Positions 55,371 through 64,000 of a stretch of 64,000 bases of DNA are shown one piece after another. This DNA comes from Eledone cirrhosa (Eukaryota). The DNA lies in the NCBI GenBank assembly GCA_964016885.1, contig OZ024740.1, forward strand, positions 69,750,001-69,814,000. Reading direction: 5' to 3'. Position 1 is the first letter of the stretch; each line of letters starts with the position of its first letter. A program made the position numbers and the translations under genes. The notes below the pieces were generated by a model. The model did no database searches. It had not been told where the DNA came from and saw only the letters and a program-made list of their open reading frames with translations.

Positions 55371-57455
55371 GGACCTGTGCCCATTTGCGATGGAAATCTA
55401 GCCTGTAACTGTGAGCGGACCTGTGCCATCTCGCCGTGAGCAGTAGATACGTAGCACATGCACGTGTTACCCTCCTATTCTGTGGTTTAAGATCTACGGG
55501 CTGACTTCGGGGAGCTCTTGCCCGGTGTTGTAGTCTTTCTAGCACAATCGGCCTTCCATATATTGACGGTCGTTGTTATTATCCCAAAAATAACGTTTTG
55601 GCCCCGATAGCCCTCCGTAGTTATTAACGGTCTGTTTACACTTGAATCGGGCGACTACACGTGTGGACATGCATCTCTTCGTAAGAATTTACTTTGATTA
55701 ATTTTGCTGCATCTCCTCGTAAGAATTTATTTTGATTAATTTTGCTGGGAAAAAAATATATTATCTGTGACCAGTGTGAGCGACTGTTGTGGGTTCTGCC
55801 TTTTGTTAGCCTGATAAGATATTTCTGTGTAATATATCCGCTTTGACCCGGGTGTCCTACGCTGTGTGTGTGTGCGTGTATGTCTGTATATACATTTATA
55901 TGTGTATGAGTGTAGGTGGTTATATATGTCTATATATAAATATATATATATATATATATAAAATATATATATATACCGTCTCTGCATATGCACGTGGTGT
56001 GTGTATATGTATATACGTACTAACCATATTGTTGTGTATATTCTTGGGATGCCTCAATGTTGTGATTTCATGGATATTGGCTTTTGAATCTATTTTTTAT
56101 ATGCGCTGTTGAGTCTCATATATTAAATGGTATGCATATTAACCCGCCTAACCCAACTGTATTTGCTTGCTTTCGGCTAGCCCACCTGCACTTGCTTGCT
56201 TTCGGCCCACTTATCTGCCTCTTGATGTTCATGTTGATGTAAACGAATTTGCTTGCTACCTTGTGACGTTGTGACACTCAGTTATCTGCCCATGGATGTT
56301 CCTGCTGCTGCATGTGAATTTACCTACCTTCCTTGCATATGTCCTTGCTAGTGATGTGGATATACTTCTGTTGACCAATAGATTCCTGCCCGAGTGTGAA
56401 CCTTTTGTGATTGCCCCACCGCTCAACTATATGAATGCACACCCGTGACTTTAGAGTGTGAACTTCTGTGACTGCCCAACCTGGGATGTCTCCATTGCAT
56501 TGCAATGGTCAACTCAATCGAGTGTGGACATAGCACCTGTTAATTATAAATCTCATTTGAGCATTTGATTGTTGTGATATGGCTAACTGTAACACTTAAG
56601 GCGTTCGTGTGCCCCTGATATATTCAAAAAATATATATCTTATCTCACTTTACTTTATTTTATTTTATTTCATTGTATTTTATTTTATATAATTTTATTT
56701 TATTTTATTCTTTACCCTTTATCTTTATTATCTGTATATTTTATATATATTTTTTATATTTTTTATATATATTATTTGTCTATTTTTTATCTATTTTTTA
56801 TCTATTTTTATCTACTCTTATCTATCTTATCTATTTTTGTCTATTCCTTATCTATTCTCTATCTCTTATCCATGGTTAATCTATTTTTTATCTATGGTTA
56901 ATCTATTTTTATCCTTTGTTTATCTTACTTTTACCCATTGTATTTTTACCCATTGTATATCTACCATTTATCTCTTAGCTTTTGCATACTCGTCCATGAT
57001 ATGTTATTTGTATTAGTCTATACTATATGTGTTGCATAAGGCTGCCTGTTGTGTGGTTGCATGCGGTTGCTCATGCTTATGCGTATGCTTGTATGTAACT
57101 GTATGTTAACAGCAAACTGCCCAACTGCGAGTGATAGTACCTCTTATTTTTCAATGCTTATTTTTCAATGCTTATTTTTCAATGTTTATTTTTTATTTCT
57201 TCAATGTTTATTTTTTACTTTTTACTATTCTTTATCCTCCAATTTTATTTTCTACACTATCTCACTCTATTCACTCTACTCTTTAAACTCCTCCCAACTT
57301 ATGGCATCCCCATATATATTCTTCTGTCTTGGCTTTGTTAATGCTTGTGTAATATGTACTCACTCTTTATGCTCTGATGAGTCCCACTTATAGTGTGGAC
57401 GAAACACTGTTAGCAATTAAAGATATACCTATGTTCTAAGCGTTCTTTGTTGTTA
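55371..57455 (+). mobile_element. Approximately 2.1-kb ORF-less insert in (TA)n ending in a hammerhead (putative PLE derivative; may be composite)
   Basis: Bounded by TA tracts; internal short tandem duplications; hammerhead ~35 bp before the right TA tract. Confidence 0.45.
57364..57423 (+). ncRNA. Type I hammerhead ribozyme
   Basis: TGCT CTGATGA GTCCCAC-ttata-GTGTGGAC GAAA CACTG TT AGCA; stem I extends via TCTTTA/TAAAGA. Confidence 0.8.
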
Positions 57456-60972
<3,517 letters not shown>

Positions 60973-61067
60973 CACTAATCCGGAGTAACCAAACCAACCT
61001 GCGCACTTCGTCGAGTGCTCCAGCCTGCATACTGAGGTGTTGGTATACAACCAACATAAACTCAAAA

Positions 61068-61176
<109 letters not shown>

Positions 61177-61271
61177 GTATCTATATATATGTATATATAT
61201 ATGTATATATATGTATATATGTATCTATATATATGTATATATATATGTATATATATGTATATATATATATA

Positions 61272-63281
61272 TGTATTGTAATAATAATAAAATTTGAAGA
61301 CTAAAATCCAAAGAGGGCTCGATAAGGATAAATATATATCAAATATATAAGAACCGTAGAGCAAATATTTATTAAAATAACAGATTAAATTTTAAGCAAA
61401 GTTTCGCTGCTTTCACCCTTAACGGGATCTTCTGAAACTAACAAAGTCAATCTGTAAACACAGAACTGGATATTTCAAAAAACGTTGCAACCGGAGGAAG
61501 ACAGGAAGACCATACTTTGGTTCGTGGAAACGTTCGCTGGCAAAGAACGGGAAAAAACGAATAATACGTCACCAATAGGAGCGGTGAAAACCAATTATGC
61601 GCAAAGACAGAACCACGTTTATGGTTTAAAAGTGGTCGTAGACTAATGTTCTCTTAGGTGTTGCAGAGAGACGTTCTCTGGCAATGAACGAAAAAACGAA
61701 GATAATACGTCATATGTGGACCGTGGAGAACAATAGCACGCAAAGACAAAACCACGTAAATGGTATAGCAGAAGTCGTAGACTAAAATTCTAACTAGGAG
61801 ACCAAATGAATCTCCGCTACAGAGTTAAAAACGAGTAAATAAATACAATACAGAAGTAATAGAAATAAATAAATACATACACGCAAACAAATACGTACAT
61901 ACACAAGCATACGCAAAATCTTACCATAGGTATACAAAACCACGCACATATAAATATGTGTGCGTGTGTATGCGTGTATACAAATAAATAAATAATTATA
62001 TAAACGTATATAAATAAATAAATACGTATATAACGAGCGCACACACATACCTACATATAAATACACGAATGTTCGGAGACGTAAGTCAACTAAAGCAACA
62101 AGTACACGTATACACACACCCACCATACGTACGAACCGGCATACTCACGCAGACGCAAAACTCCCGTATACACATAGCCAAACCCTATGTACCAGAATAT
62201 ATAAAATTATACGCCAAAACAATCAAATATACGTACCTTCACAAAACAAACGGGTAGTACATACTTACCTATGCAAATAAGTAAAGGAATAAACAAAACA
62301 TATACTTAGCACCCACATCAAGACGTAAAATATCCATGTATAGATCGTACTATCCGTTAGGATATAACGTGGGGCTGTAATACAGGAAAGTTTTGTGCAA
62401 TTTATGTTTACAAGCCGAAATTGCCTCAGATTTTTTGTTTAAGATGTGGTCTGTGGCGTAGAGTATTTCCAGGGCCTCAGCGGCGCAGAGGTCACATGGT
62501 CTTTTATTTCCGTTATACGATCTAGCCCTAGCTAGGATCTCCCAGTGTAACTTATATTGGGTGTGGTTGTCTTTTAGACTCCAGATATAAGCTGAAAATG
62601 ACGTCATATTCCTTCTTAGAGGGTAACGAAAAGAATGGGTATGCATGTAAAGGCGCTGCTTGAAACTATTGGCGGTTAACCCTATGTAGGCCCTACGGGA
62701 CGTGGGTGTTACAGCCTTACATTTGTAGACAATATTACTAGAGAGGCATTTCCCTGATATGGGGCAATCAGCCCGATTCCTACAATTACAGTTAGCACTA
62801 ACTACAGGGTTGCACGTGTTCCTACGGCTAGGTAGTTTAGCTAAATTTGAAACTGTGATGTTATGTGCAAGGTTAGGTGTCGTAGAGTAAGAAATTTTAA
62901 TAGTATTTCTATTAAAAATTTTACTATATTTATGTGTAGGGGGAAAATGCTTCGTAATAAGAGAAAGAAAGATCTTAGCTAATGGTGTGGCCACCTCCAT
63001 ATTATATGGTGGGTTATACCAACAAATGCGACGGGATCTATTTCTTCTAGGTCTATTTTCGTACTCAGTATAAGCTACCTTTTCGACAAATCCACTTCGA
63101 GCAAGAGCTTCATTGTAATAAGTGGAATGGTCGTTGAAAATACGCTCGTTGGTGGAAAGACGGGAAAGCCTCAACGAAACGTTTCTTACCAGGTTCTTGG
63201 TTATGCTGGCAGGATGGTTGTTACCCGTATAGAAAGCCGAATGATATGCTTAATTACATAAGTAAGCAATCCAACCATCCT
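61272..63281 (-). mobile_element. Penelope-like element (Hydra-clade-like), 5'-truncated with a 5' inversion
   Basis: Thumb plus GIY-YIG ORF, long 3' UTR with a ~130-bp direct duplication (61527-61658 / 61670-61797), hammerhead-like motif at 61400-61439, 3' end at (TA)n. Confidence 0.85.
62350..63220 (-). CDS. PLE C-terminal fragment: RT thumb and GIY-YIG endonuclease
   Basis: WYNPPY, IFNRNTIKISYS, CNCRNRADCP...C, NIVY, YIGLT, CDLCAAE; the frame extends upstream to NHPASITKNL at 63220. Confidence 0.88.
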
Positions 63282-63683
63282 AAGTGGGCGGAGTCGTATG
63301 AAACCTATGAACCAATGATAATCGAGAATTGTGACATACGGAATGCTGACATTGTTGAAATTAATATATAGATAGGTGCAAACAGTGATAATGATTATTC
63401 TAATGCTGGAACGCAAATAAAATAAATAAATAAACTATAATACTAGCTATAATACCAAAAGTTACAATACTAATGGTCGTCATAGTGGTAATAGTGGTAT
63501 GATATAGATAGACCGTGAAGTAAGTGTTGGAACATGGGAATATACTAGATATTAACAGTCTGGGATTAAAATAAAAATTAAAATGGAGAATTATGAAAGA
63601 AAAATTTAAAATAATAATCAATACTCAAAGTGCAGTAGGAATACATTCAACAAGCTAGAGGATAATGCATAAATGGATATTAC

Positions 63684-63870
63684 TAATTGTTTCTACTTTT
63701 GGCTCAAGGCCAGGAATTATCCCAGTTCATTACTGGTACTTTATTTCATCGAACCCGTAAGGATGAAAGGCAAAGTTAACCTCGGCAGGATTTGAACTCA
63801 GACCATAAAGGGCCGTAACTCTTTGCTGCAAAGCATGGCGTCCGATTCTCTACCGATACTGCTAATCCAT
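63684..63870 (-). mobile_element. tRNA-SINE (Meta-like); a plus-strand 3' fragment follows at 63931-63996
   Basis: Family consensus on the minus strand. Confidence 0.85.
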
Positions 63871-64000
63871 CGACAGCGATAAAGAGATGAGAACGATATG
63901 ATTGACGACCATTTTGAATAATCACTATTCAAAATAAAGTACCAGTAATACACTGTTGTAATTGCTGGCCTTGTGCCTAAAGTAGAAACAATTATCATTA

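Overview
AT-rich, repeat-dominated metazoan genomic DNA. The SINE types, Penelope-like elements and massive (TA)n/(CA)n/(GATA)n tracts suggest a cephalopod such as Octopus (inference). I cannot support an intact host gene. (1) 1-14.2 kb: four Tx1/L1-clade non-LTR retrotransposons, all on the minus strand, head-to-tail and separated by (GATA)n tracts, which points to a microsatellite-targeting family. (2) 14-47 kb: decayed RTE fragments, tandem tRNA-derived SINE arrays, a dead Tc1/mariner, a MITE and several Penelope-like (PLE) pseudo-LTR remnants. (3) 47-63 kb: very large (TA)n-derived tracts hosting two PLE ORFs with GIY-YIG endonucleases, ORF-less hammerhead-carrying inserts, a 199-bp-arm palindrome with two hammerheads, and a 3.5-copy tandem array of a ~442-bp ORF-less unit. 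That unit is hairpin-rich and carries one minimal type I hammerhead ribozyme, making it a candidate retrozyme or circular-RNA element; a dispersed copy lies at 22.1-22.5 kb. All structure and family calls were made by eye; no folding or database search was run.
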